Positions 19,885-28,720 of a stretch of DNA of 57,270 nt are shown here, one piece after another. Position 1 is the first letter of the stretch. Each line of letters starts with the position of its first letter. The notes under the pieces are model-generated. The model worked only from the letters and a program-made list of their open reading frames with translations. It was not told the origin of the DNA and ran no database searches. The position numbers and the translations under genes were made by a program. The stretch lies in IMG/VR virus record IMGVR_UViG_3300022907_001216; one strand, written 5' to 3'. The DNA comes from an uncultured virus (IMG/VR IMGVR_UViG_3300022907_001216) (Duplodnaviria > Heunggongvirae > Uroviricota > Caudoviricetes).

Positions 19885-20556
19885 ATGCAAGTATTTCAAA
19901 TTATTGCCGAAGAAAATGAATTAGAAGAAGCTATTCCATTTACTAAAAAAGCTAAAATGATGAAGCAAGCCAAAAAAGCTGCTAAGGGTGCTACTAAAGA
20001 TGAAGCACGTCAAATGGAAGTTGAGTTGTTAACATATCTTAAAACATCAAAGCAACAACCAACTGTTGATGCTGTTATGAAATATTTTGATCAAAAAGGT
20101 TTAGGTAATGTAGCAGCACCTATTGTTAAGAATTTCCAAAGCAAAGGCAATAAAAAAGCAGCTCGTAGCCAAGCAAGACAAGATAAAGCTAGAGCAGCTG
20201 GACAAGCAGCAGCAAAACTTGGTGGCATGGCTAAAGTTGGCGCACAAAAAGCAGGCGCCGCAGCTAAAGCTGCTGGTACTGCTGTAAAAAATGCTAGTGG
20301 AGTTGTACCAGCAGGACAAATTAATCAAAGTGTTTACGAAGCTGAAGGACAAGACGTTTTAACCAAACGTGAAGTGCGTAATATTATTAGTCAAGTTGTG
20401 GCTAAAGGCTACGGCGGAGCAGCAGGATTTGATAAGAGTAGATTTGCTCAAGACGAACCAAAAGCTACGTTTAAATCACAAAGAGCAGCACCTGATGCTG
20501 AAACTCAAGCAGCAATTGATAAAGTAAAAGCTGCTGGATACAAGATTACAAAATAA
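19885..20556 (+). CDS. Ala/Lys-rich hypothetical protein, possible internal head protein
   Basis: 223 aa after a late-promoter motif. The short acidic leader IIAEENELEEA carries gp21-type [IL]-x-E sites and is followed by a basic body. Confidence 0.55.
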   Translation: MQVFQIIAEENELEEAIPFTKKAKMMKQAKKAAKGATKDEARQMEVELLTYLKTSKQQPTVDAVMKYFDQKGLGNVAAPIVKNFQSKGNKKAARSQARQDKARAAGQAAAKLGGMAKVGAQKAGAAAKAAGTAVKNASGVVPAGQINQSVYEAEGQDVLTKREVRNIISQVVAKGYGGAAGFDKSRFAQDEPKATFKSQRAAPDAETQAAIDKVKAAGYKITK

Positions 20557-20787
20557 TTAAAAGAATGGTTGCTGGGTCTTTTTGGCAATTTCCATGTTGT
20601 CCTCAGCAAGTTGTACTATAACATCTCTGTCGTCAGGTCCTAATAAGTATGCGTCATTGTAACTTAATCCACCTCGCATGTGCCAAACCAACTTGGCTAA
20701 ATCATATTTTAATTGTTTAATTTCATCTTCTAGGACCTTAACATGTTCTAATATTTCCTCAATCGGAAGTGCTAAGATCCTTATGCG
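20557..20787 (-). CDS. -1 frame extension of the gp26-like chaperone (gp51/GT-like segment)
   Basis: Not in the track. An open frame of 76 codons (RIRILALPIEEILEHVKVLEDEIKQLKYDLAKLVWHMRGGLSYNDAYLLGPDDRDVIVQLAEDNMEIAKKTQQPFF*) begins at the T TTT TTC heptamer and fills the whole gap to the convergent gene. Confidence 0.72.
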   Translation of the reverse strand, partial: RIRILALPIEEILEHVKVLEDEIKQLKYDLAKLVWHMRGGLSYNDAYLLGPDDRDVIVQLAEDNMEIAKKTQQPFF

Positions 20788-21632
20788 AAAAAATTTGAAG
20801 CATCAAAACTAATAGGTACATCCAATTCTTCTGGAGCACCTGCTGCTCTGTCCTCTTCTGATGAAACAATTTTTCTAGATTTAATTGTAAATTTCTTTCG
20901 CTGTTCGTCAACATGATTTATAATAGCTTTGTACACATCAACAGGAGCATTATCTAGAAACTCCATTATGTGTTGCTTGTTGGTAACTGATTCATCTCCA
21001 ACTGTGATGCTTACAACACTGCCATGTACACTAGCAATATTCATCTCTGTAATTCTGTTGAATGTTTCATTGAATCGTTGAAGTTTTTCTGTCTCTGACA
21101 TTTCATCATCGTTAACAATTTGTAAAATTCTCTGCTCCTCAAATGTTTTCATAGCAACATCTGTAAATGCTTTGTAATTCATTGGAGCAGTTTCAATTGT
21201 ATATTCATTGTAAGTAAACGACGGAGCATATTCAGCAGCATTGAGTTCATCTAATACTTCAGTAAGATTACATTCAAAAGTTCTGTCACCAACTCCTGGT
21301 ATGTCCATTTCCATGTTTAATGATTCACCATATGTGGCAATACGTATCGCAGTAAGCACAGCATCTAAATCAATGTTAGGCATCATCCACGCATTTTTGA
21401 TATTAGGCATACAGTTTTGTATTACACTAACAGTGCTTTGTCCGTTTAAAAGCGCATCTGGCGTTTTAATCATAATTTCGTCTCTAGCCGTCATTGGATA
21501 CACTGGATATGTATTATTTTCAGTAGGCTCTAGTGTACCTTTGGGATAGAATAATCCTTTACTAGGCAACGTGATAAACAATTTAGGCTGTCTGAAGTGA
21601 CTCAGCAGCGGATTGGTTGAACTTTGGTTCAT
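20781..21632 (-). CDS. Baseplate hub assembly / tail assembly chaperone, T4 gp26-like
   Basis: ITLPSKGLFY...VYPMTARDEI...DLDAVLTAIRIATYGE, ending SNFFA as in gp26-like proteins; GGAG SD. Confidence 0.75.
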   Translation of the reverse strand: MNQSSTNPLLSHFRQPKLFITLPSKGLFYPKGTLEPTENNTYPVYPMTARDEIMIKTPDALLNGQSTVSVIQNCMPNIKNAWMMPNIDLDAVLTAIRIATYGESLNMEMDIPGVGDRTFECNLTEVLDELNAAEYAPSFTYNEYTIETAPMNYKAFTDVAMKTFEEQRILQIVNDDEMSETEKLQRFNETFNRITEMNIASVHGSVVSITVGDESVTNKQHIMEFLDNAPVDVYKAIINHVDEQRKKFTIKSRKIVSSEEDRAAGAPEELDVPISFDASNFFA

Positions 21633-21644
21633 TCTTTTCTCCGG

Positions 21645-21651
21645 ATAAATA
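21645..21651 (+). promoter_or_regulatory. Putative late promoter (ATAAATA)
   Basis: Lies in the divergent gap upstream of the tape-measure/portal operon. Confidence 0.5.
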
Positions 21652-21706
21652 CTTTACTAATATATATCCAATATAATAAAGTGCGCAGTTAATTTAGGAA
21701 TCACAA

Positions 21707-24256
21707 GTGGCAGAACCAACAGAAATTACCAACGTAGGTGGCGTTGAAGGTGTAGCAAGCGAAGCTACACTTCAAAATCTACTTGAATTAACACGTAGAC
21801 AAGGTAGAGACACTACTACTGCTTTAAGAAATGAAGCAAAATTCAAAGAAGCTGCTAACAAAGCAACTAAAGCTGGCGCAGAACAAACTGGATTATTATC
21901 TAAAGGTATGAAACGTGCTCAGTATGGCTTTGATCAACTGAACAAGTCACTTACAGAAGGACAGGTGCGTTTAAGTGATATGGCTGCTGTGGTTACAGGC
22001 GGCAAAGGTGTATTTCAGTCACTGTTTAATTTTGTTGATGCTAGTGTTGACCAATTTAGAGAACTCAGCCAAGTTGGTGCTGGATTTGGAAACAGCATTG
22101 TTGAAATGAACAAAGTAGCTGCTACTAGCGGCATGGCAATGTCTGAATTTTATCAAACAATACAAACAAACAGTGAAACACTGAGAGCTTTAGGCGGTAA
22201 TGTAACAGATGGTGCTAAAAGATTTGCTGAACTAAGCAAAGGGCTCAGAGGAAGCGATCTAGGACAAAGATTGTTTGACTTAGGGTTTACTACACAAGCA
22301 ATCAACGATGGATTTTTATCTTATAGTGAAAACATGCTACGCCAAGGTTTTTTACAAAGGATGACCAATGCTCAACTCATTGAAGGCAGCACTGATTATC
22401 TAAGACAGATAGATTTATTAAGTAAAGCAACAGGACGCAGTAGAGAAGAACTACTTGCTCAGTCACAAGATTTAAGAAACAACGCACAGTTTCAAAGTAT
22501 AATGGCTAGAGCAAGTGCCGAAGGCGCTGGTGAATTTGAAAAAAGTATAGCACTAGTAGCAGGATTCTTGCCACAGTTTGCCGGAGATTTAGTAGATATT
22601 TCATCAGGCTTTGAAGGCAGTGACTTGGCAATAGCATTGAATACTATGGGCGGCGGCGCAGGGCAACAATTAGTTGATGCTTTACAAGCAACTGCAAGTG
22701 GAGGAATGAATTTTAGAGAATTTGGTAACGAACTTACTAGATTAGGACCAGCACTAGGAGCAATTGGCGCAGCAGTAGATCCAACCATGGTTGGACGACT
22801 CCAAGCACAAGGCGGACCGTTGGCAGCATTATTTGATGCGCAAGTAGGCTTAAACAGAATGGGCGGATTGAACATTGATGCTGCTATTGCTGCTCAAAAC
22901 AGACAAAGCACTATCACAGAATTATTTGCTAGATTTGAAGCTGCTATAACAAGTTTCAGTAGTTTTATTACTGAAAAATTTATTGAAAGTGATACATTTA
23001 CAGCACTTGAAACATTAGGAACTAAGATAACAGATTCATTTAAACTATTGTTTGGACCAGCAGAAGCAGACGGCAGTTTTAAAAATGCTTCAGCAAGTGT
23101 TAATTCTTTTGTTACTGCTGTAGATGATTGGGTAAACACTAATTTGGTTGCTCCTATATCTACATTTGTAGACGAGTTTACAGCTCATGTCGAATCTGGT
23201 AAAGCACCAATTGACTTTTTCAAACAAAAAATACAAGATGCTGGTAAAGCTATTGTTGATTTCTTTTTAGGAGAAATTCAAACAGAACCAGGAGGTCCTG
23301 GTAGAGGTACACGACAAGGTGGCTTATTATCAAAGGTTGGAGATGGTATAAAAAAAGCATTCCAAGGTGAAGGTGTGACAAAATATCTTACCGATGGCTT
23401 TGGATATTTAATGGATGCTGCTTACAACGTAATGTTAACTTATTCTGGTATAGACAACGTAGCTGTTGAGAAAAACGGATTGTTAGGAGAAATGAAAAAG
23501 AAAGTTTTTGGCGAAGACGCTTTAAATGAACAAGGAAAAGTTGATTCGTTGTATAATATTTTCAAAAAGAAAATTGGTTTAGATACAGCAGAAGGTGCAG
23601 AGCCTGTATATCAACAGCTTATTGACAAAATAGCAGAAGCATTTTCAAACATGGACATGAAAGCATTTGATCCTATAGTAACTAAATTACAACGTGCTTT
23701 TGAAGGCATGGTATTAGCAATCAAAAGAAAAATCAACGAGTCAGGTATGCTAGGCGATGCAGCTATTTCGGATAGGGAGTTGTTAGAGGACGAAATACGT
23801 TTCTATTTAGGTGGCGGCGACGGCAGTAGAACAGGAGCGGATTTTATTGCCAATTATGTAGCTGAAAGAGAAGCTCAAAGACAGGAAATGATCGATCAGG
23901 GAACATTTACCAAATACAAGAGAAAAAGTTACGGAGGAACCACTACTCGTAGGGTTAAGGAATTACAAGGTGTTTTAACAGATATGGGATTGCCTTTTAG
24001 AAGAATTGGAACTTTTAGAGCAACCGGTAAAACAACTGAACCTAAAGATACTTTAGCTCAAATTCACGCAGGTGAGCGTGTGTTAAACGCAAATGAAGCA
24101 GCGTCCGTTAACGGCTTGCCACAAGCAATGAGTCAACTAAATACATTGACAGCACAAATTAGAGATCTAATGGTACAACAAAATAACTTAACATCACAGG
24201 TAAACAGAGGTGTCCGTGGTATGAGCAATGATTATTTGAAAGGCGCAATGGTATGA
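21707..24256 (+). CDS. Tape measure-like protein (gp29-like)
   Basis: 849 aa, Ala/Gly-rich and predicted helical, with a C-terminal IHAGERVLN motif common in TMPs; adjacent to the chaperone gene. Confidence 0.65.
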   Translation: MAEPTEITNVGGVEGVASEATLQNLLELTRRQGRDTTTALRNEAKFKEAANKATKAGAEQTGLLSKGMKRAQYGFDQLNKSLTEGQVRLSDMAAVVTGGKGVFQSLFNFVDASVDQFRELSQVGAGFGNSIVEMNKVAATSGMAMSEFYQTIQTNSETLRALGGNVTDGAKRFAELSKGLRGSDLGQRLFDLGFTTQAINDGFLSYSENMLRQGFLQRMTNAQLIEGSTDYLRQIDLLSKATGRSREELLAQSQDLRNNAQFQSIMARASAEGAGEFEKSIALVAGFLPQFAGDLVDISSGFEGSDLAIALNTMGGGAGQQLVDALQATASGGMNFREFGNELTRLGPALGAIGAAVDPTMVGRLQAQGGPLAALFDAQVGLNRMGGLNIDAAIAAQNRQSTITELFARFEAAITSFSSFITEKFIESDTFTALETLGTKITDSFKLLFGPAEADGSFKNASASVNSFVTAVDDWVNTNLVAPISTFVDEFTAHVESGKAPIDFFKQKIQDAGKAIVDFFLGEIQTEPGGPGRGTRQGGLLSKVGDGIKKAFQGEGVTKYLTDGFGYLMDAAYNVMLTYSGIDNVAVEKNGLLGEMKKKVFGEDALNEQGKVDSLYNIFKKKIGLDTAEGAEPVYQQLIDKIAEAFSNMDMKAFDPIVTKLQRAFEGMVLAIKRKINESGMLGDAAISDRELLEDEIRFYLGGGDGSRTGADFIANYVAEREAQRQEMIDQGTFTKYKRKSYGGTTTRRVKELQGVLTDMGLPFRRIGTFRATGKTTEPKDTLAQIHAGERVLNANEAASVNGLPQAMSQLNTLTAQIRDLMVQQNNLTSQVNRGVRGMSNDYLKGAMV

Positions 24257-25962
24257 GTTGGAAAAAACATTTTACTCCTGTTGCCACAAGCATGAACGTT
24301 GGCGGTAGCTATTCGCCATTTAGCTTTAGCAAAGGCCAAGGTGTTGGTCCTGCGGCAGCAAATTACAGTTCACACTTGCCTGATGTTTATGTTGGATCAC
24401 CTAATCGTATTGAACGTTACGCTCAGTACAACACAATGGACAACGACTCAGAAGTAAATGCTGCTTTAGATATACTTGCTGAGTTCTGTTCACAAAAAAA
24501 TAAAGAAAACGAAACACCATTTAAATTAAAATTTAGTAAAGCACCAACTAACACAGAAGTCAACATTATTGGACAATATTTAAAACAGTGGTGTAAGATA
24601 CAACAGTTTGAATCAAGAATATTTAAGATTATTCGTAATACATTCAAGTACGGTGATCAGTTTTTTATCCGTGATCCTGAAACAAAAAAGTGGTTTCATG
24701 TAGATCCAGCAAACGTAACAAAAATTATTGTAAACGAAAGTGAAGGCAAGCGTCCTGAGCAGTACATAGTAAAAGACTTGAACATTGCTTACGAAGGACT
24801 TAGTGCTACAAAACTTAATACTAACCAAGCATATGGCCCAGGTGGCGGTGCTGGTTATCAAACATTAGACCAAAAGTACATGACAGGTCGTACACCTGAC
24901 TCAAGTAGCAGCCGTTATAGTCAAGATGCTAACGAAACTGCTATTGACGCAGAGCATGTTGTTCACTTGTCGATGAGCGAAGGACTGGATCAAAACTTTC
25001 CTTTTGGTAATAGTTTACTAGAAAGTATTTTCAAAGTATACAAGCAGAAAGAGTTGCTTGAGGATGCGATTATTATCTATCGTGTTCAACGTGCGCCAGA
25101 GCGCAGAGTATTCTACGTTGATGTGGGCAACATGCCATCACACCTTGCTATGCAGTTTGTTGAGCGTGTTAAAACGGAAATTCACCAAAGACGCATCCCA
25201 TCCAAGACAGGAGGCGGACAAACAGTCATAGACAGTTCATACAACCCTCTGTCAATTAACGAAGACTACTTTTTTCCACAGACTGCTGAAGGACGTGGAT
25301 CAAAAGTTGAAACTCTTCCAGGTGGCACAAACCTTGGAGAAATAGACGATTTACGATATTTTACTAACAAGTTGGTTCGTGGGTTGCGTATTCCTTCAAG
25401 TTATCTACCCACTGGGGCAGATGATTCAGCTTCACAGTACAACGATGGTAGAGTAGGCACCGCATACATTCAAGAGTTACGTTTTAATAATTATTGCGAA
25501 CGGCTTCAGAGCATGATAACTGAGGTATTCAACAACGAATTTAAATTATACCTTGCGCAAAAGGGAATAAATGTTGATGTAGCAATGTTTGACTTAACAC
25601 TTCAACCTCCACAGAACTTTGCGAGTTATAGACAAGCAGAACTAGATAGCAACAGAATTAGTACCTTTGCTCAGATGCAACAAATACCTTTTATATCAAA
25701 CCGTTTTGCTCTACAAAGATTCCTAGGATTAAGCAAAGAAGAAGTAGCAGAAAACGAACGCTTGTGGAGAGAAGAAAACGACGAATTCTTCAATGTTGGT
25801 GATACTGATGCCGCAGCACAATTAAGAGATGCTGGCATTACTGGTGCTGACATAAACAACGACTTAGATGCTACTCAAGGTGACGAATTAGAAGGTGATA
25901 CTGACGATATAGGTGCCAGTGACGAAACGTCTCCAGTAGCAGATGCTGACGATGAGGCATAA
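24253..25962 (+). CDS. Portal protein, T4 gp20-like
   Basis: LLEDAIIIYRVQRAPERRVFYVDVGNMP, EDYFFP...GRGSKVETLPGG and LRIPSSYL are gp20 signatures. Confidence 0.95.
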   Translation: MSWKKHFTPVATSMNVGGSYSPFSFSKGQGVGPAAANYSSHLPDVYVGSPNRIERYAQYNTMDNDSEVNAALDILAEFCSQKNKENETPFKLKFSKAPTNTEVNIIGQYLKQWCKIQQFESRIFKIIRNTFKYGDQFFIRDPETKKWFHVDPANVTKIIVNESEGKRPEQYIVKDLNIAYEGLSATKLNTNQAYGPGGGAGYQTLDQKYMTGRTPDSSSSRYSQDANETAIDAEHVVHLSMSEGLDQNFPFGNSLLESIFKVYKQKELLEDAIIIYRVQRAPERRVFYVDVGNMPSHLAMQFVERVKTEIHQRRIPSKTGGGQTVIDSSYNPLSINEDYFFPQTAEGRGSKVETLPGGTNLGEIDDLRYFTNKLVRGLRIPSSYLPTGADDSASQYNDGRVGTAYIQELRFNNYCERLQSMITEVFNNEFKLYLAQKGINVDVAMFDLTLQPPQNFASYRQAELDSNRISTFAQMQQIPFISNRFALQRFLGLSKEEVAENERLWREENDEFFNVGDTDAAAQLRDAGITGADINNDLDATQGDELEGDTDDIGASDETSPVADADDEA

Positions 25963-25965
25963 ATA
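25959..25965 (+). promoter_or_regulatory. Putative late promoter (ATAAATA), likely giving a near-leaderless transcript
   Basis: Overlaps the portal stop and ends 5 nt before the next ATG, which has no SD. Confidence 0.4.
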
Positions 25966-25970
25966 ATATT

Positions 25971-26219
25971 ATGATTATACGTGAACTATATTACTTTAAT
26001 GATAAAACAATGGAACCGGAAGACGATCAGAGATATGACGCTGACCGTGACGAATCTATTGTAGATATGGATGATACACGAAAAACTAGACTAACACTCA
26101 AAGATATTAACAAAGCACGTAGAGCTGACGATGCTCACAAGCGTGAAGCAACGAAAGACTTGGAATACATAAGGGCAATGTATGGCATAGCAGCACAAGG
26201 TGGTGAAGAAGCTATATAG
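25971..26219 (+). CDS. Small head-module hypothetical protein
   Basis: 82 aa directly after the portal gene (RKTRLTLKDINKARR...MYG). Confidence 0.65.
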   Translation: MIIRELYYFNDKTMEPEDDQRYDADRDESIVDMDDTRKTRLTLKDINKARRADDAHKREATKDLEYIRAMYGIAAQGGEEAI

Positions 26220-26229
26220 GAGATAGTCA

Positions 26230-26994
26230 TTGTCAAAGACCTATATTCCCGGTGAATCTAAAGCTCAGCGTAAATCTCGAAAAAAAGCAGAAAAGGCAAG
26301 ACGCAACCAAGAAATTAAAGTTGCTTCTCGAATAGCACCTGTGGTTCCCCAATCTAAACCAGCAGAAAAATCTCCTAACGAAAATCATCAGATTAAAAAA
26401 AGTGACATAGTTTTTGTACTTGGCAACGGTACAAGTAGGAAAGATATTCTATTAGAACCATTGAGACAACATGGCACTATATACGGTTGTAATGCTTTGT
26501 ATAGAGAGTTTAAACCTGATTATTTAATAGCAGTTGATACAAAAATGATAAGAGAAATCAGTCATAACGCTTATCAAATGTACAACCAAGTTTGGTCTAA
26601 TCCTAACAAATATACCCGTTCAGTTGAGAAATTAAACCTCTTTAATCCAAACTTAGGATGGAGTAGTGGGCCTACTGCTCTTAATATGGCTAGTTTACAA
26701 CACCCTAAAGAAGTATATATACTTGGATTCGACTATCAAGGTTTAGGTAGGAGAAATGAACTTGTAAATAATCTATATGCTGGAACAGAAAACTATAAAA
26801 AACAACACGAAAGGGCTACTTATTTTGGAAATTGGCAAAGGCAAACTTCTACTGTCATAAAGAAAAATCCAAAAATTAGATATATAAGAGTAGTACTAGA
26901 CGAACACTATTTTGTTCCAGAATCGTTGGAAGGACTAGACAATTTAAAACATATTACTGTTGAAAATTTTAAAAAATTGTTCCAAAATCCATAA
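26230..26994 (+). CDS. MptE/DUF115 (Maf, sialyltransferase-like) fold protein
   Basis: FVLGNGTSR, IYGCNALYR, PDYLIAVD, SSGPTA and VYILGFD motifs; TTG start with AGGAG SD. Confidence 0.6.
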   Translation: MSKTYIPGESKAQRKSRKKAEKARRNQEIKVASRIAPVVPQSKPAEKSPNENHQIKKSDIVFVLGNGTSRKDILLEPLRQHGTIYGCNALYREFKPDYLIAVDTKMIREISHNAYQMYNQVWSNPNKYTRSVEKLNLFNPNLGWSSGPTALNMASLQHPKEVYILGFDYQGLGRRNELVNNLYAGTENYKKQHERATYFGNWQRQTSTVIKKNPKIRYIRVVLDEHYFVPESLEGLDNLKHITVENFKKLFQNP

Positions 26995-27090
26995 CTGCGT
27001 GGTAAATGAGCTCGTTTGAGCCTATTTCGGCGTACTTTTTTCTATAAAGTGTAAATATAACTGACAGCCTTGACAATAAAGGAGAATGAC

Positions 27091-28074
27091 ATGACTGATC
27101 AAACCAAATTCGAGGAAATGCTCGAAAAATTAGTGAACGAGGACAAGGACGGTGCTGAAGCACTTTTCCATGAAATCGTTGTAGAAAAATCAAGAGAGAT
27201 TTATCAAAACATCTTAGAATCAGAAGACGAAGAAGTCGAAGAAGATACAGATGAAGAAGTTGATGAAGCTACTGACGAAGAAGTAGACGAAGCAACAGAC
27301 GAAGAAGTAGACGAAGCAACAGACGAAGAAGTCGACGAGTCAGAAGATGACGATTTAGACGAAATGTTTGGCTTAGATGAGCTTGGAATGGAAGCAGAAC
27401 CAGAAATGGGCGGCGACGAAACAGATGACATGATGGGTGACATTGCTGCTGATATGGACGGCGACGACGAAGAAGGCGACGACGAAGAAGCTGACGGCCC
27501 AGAGGCTGCTATGGACAACTTAGAAGATGCTTTAGCAGACCTAAAAGCAGAATTTGAAAAAATGATGGGTGACGAAGAGCCAGGCGACGAAGATCCTGAA
27601 GAGGAAGCAATGGCATTTGAATCAGACGACGAAGAAGTAGACGAAGCAGCTGACGAAGAAGTAGATGAAGCGTCAGATGAAGAAGTTGAAGAAACAACTG
27701 ATGAAGAAGTAGACGAAAACGCAGCACCTAAAACAGCAGGTGAAGAAATGCGTGAGTACGTAGAAAAAGTATCAGCTTCAATGGGTGACAATGGCGCAAA
27801 TACAAAATCACCAGTTGCAGGAAAAAACGACATGGGCGGTACAGCAAGTAATTTAAACCAAGCTGGTACAGAAGCTGGTGTAGAAGCTAATAAAGGAAAC
27901 TTAAAAGGTTCAGCACTAAGCGATCAAAACGCCAAAGAAGATAACGCCGGAAATAGAAATACTAAAGGCGGTATGAGTGCCAAAAAAGGCACAAAAAGCG
28001 AACCTGGCCACGGCGCTGAGAAAAAAGGCAAGCCAGACGCACCAGCCAATAAAAAACCAGTAATGGGTGGCTGA
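27091..28074 (+). CDS. Highly acidic prohead core/scaffold-associated protein
   Basis: Glu/Asp-rich with DEEVDEAT repeats, immediately upstream of the prohead protease. Start moved to the ATG at 27091 (AAGGAG SD). Confidence 0.7.
   Translation: MTDQTKFEEMLEKLVNEDKDGAEALFHEIVVEKSREIYQNILESEDEEVEEDTDEEVDEATDEEVDEATDEEVDEATDEEVDESEDDDLDEMFGLDELGMEAEPEMGGDETDDMMGDIAADMDGDDEEGDDEEADGPEAAMDNLEDALADLKAEFEKMMGDEEPGDEDPEEEAMAFESDDEEVDEAADEEVDEASDEEVEETTDEEVDENAAPKTAGEEMREYVEKVSASMGDNGANTKSPVAGKNDMGGTASNLNQAGTEAGVEANKGNLKGSALSDQNAKEDNAGNRNTKGGMSAKKGTKSEPGHGAEKKGKPDAPANKKPVMGG
27226..27342 (+). repeat. Coding 24-nt tandem repeat (GACGAAGAAGTAGACGAAGCAACA-like), ~5 units
   Basis: Visible directly; encodes DEEV(D/E)E(A/D)T. 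A second cluster of ~4 units lies at about 27628-27720. Confidence 0.85.
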
Positions 28075-28091
28075 GAAGTTAAGGAGAAACG

Positions 28092-28709
28092 ATGTTTCAA
28101 CTACGTGAAAATCTAAGTTTTGACCAAGCTAAAATGGTCGTTGAGTCTGCTAATGAAGGCAAAGACCTCTATATGAAAGGTATTTGTATCCAAGGTGGTG
28201 TAAAAAACGCAAATCAGCGTGTTTATCCCGTTGAAGAAATTGGCAGGGCTGTCACTACGCTCAATGAGCAGATAGCCGGTGGATACTCAGTTTTAGGCGA
28301 AGTTGATCATCCAGAAGGACTTAACATTAACCTTGATCGTGTGTGCCATATGGTCACAGAAATGTGGATGGATGGACCAAACGGTTATGGAAAGTTGAAA
28401 ATTTTACCAACTCCGATGGGAGGCCTAGTAAAAACAATGCTAGAAAGCGGCGTTAAGCTAGGTGTCTCATCTAGAGGTAGCGGTGAAGTCGACGGCGGCG
28501 GCAACGTTGCCGGCTTTGAAATAATTACTGTGGACGTTGTGGCTCAGCCTAGCGCCCCCGGTGCGTATCCTACACCAATTTACGAACATATAATGAATGA
28601 AAGAGGTGGATACAAGGCAATTTTAACTTCAAAAGAAGTCCAAGGCGACAAAAAGGCACAAAAATATATTGCAGAGAGCTTATTAGGTATAATAAGCAGG
28701 CTCCAATAA
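28092..28709 (+). CDS. Prohead protease, T4 gp21-like
   Basis: NANQRVYP, LGEVDHP, LGVSSRGSG and DVVAQPSAPGAY motifs. Confidence 0.95.
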   Translation: MFQLRENLSFDQAKMVVESANEGKDLYMKGICIQGGVKNANQRVYPVEEIGRAVTTLNEQIAGGYSVLGEVDHPEGLNINLDRVCHMVTEMWMDGPNGYGKLKILPTPMGGLVKTMLESGVKLGVSSRGSGEVDGGGNVAGFEIITVDVVAQPSAPGAYPTPIYEHIMNERGGYKAILTSKEVQGDKKAQKYIAESLLGIISRLQ

Positions 28710-28720
28710 AGGAGAAATAA

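Noticed and set aside
27226..27342. Possible CRISPR-like array
   Set aside because: The repeats are contiguous 24-mers without spacers and lie in frame within a CDS.
27204..27833. 209 aa Ser-rich antisense ORF
   Set aside because: It is the mirror of the GAA/GAC-rich acidic gene on the plus strand.
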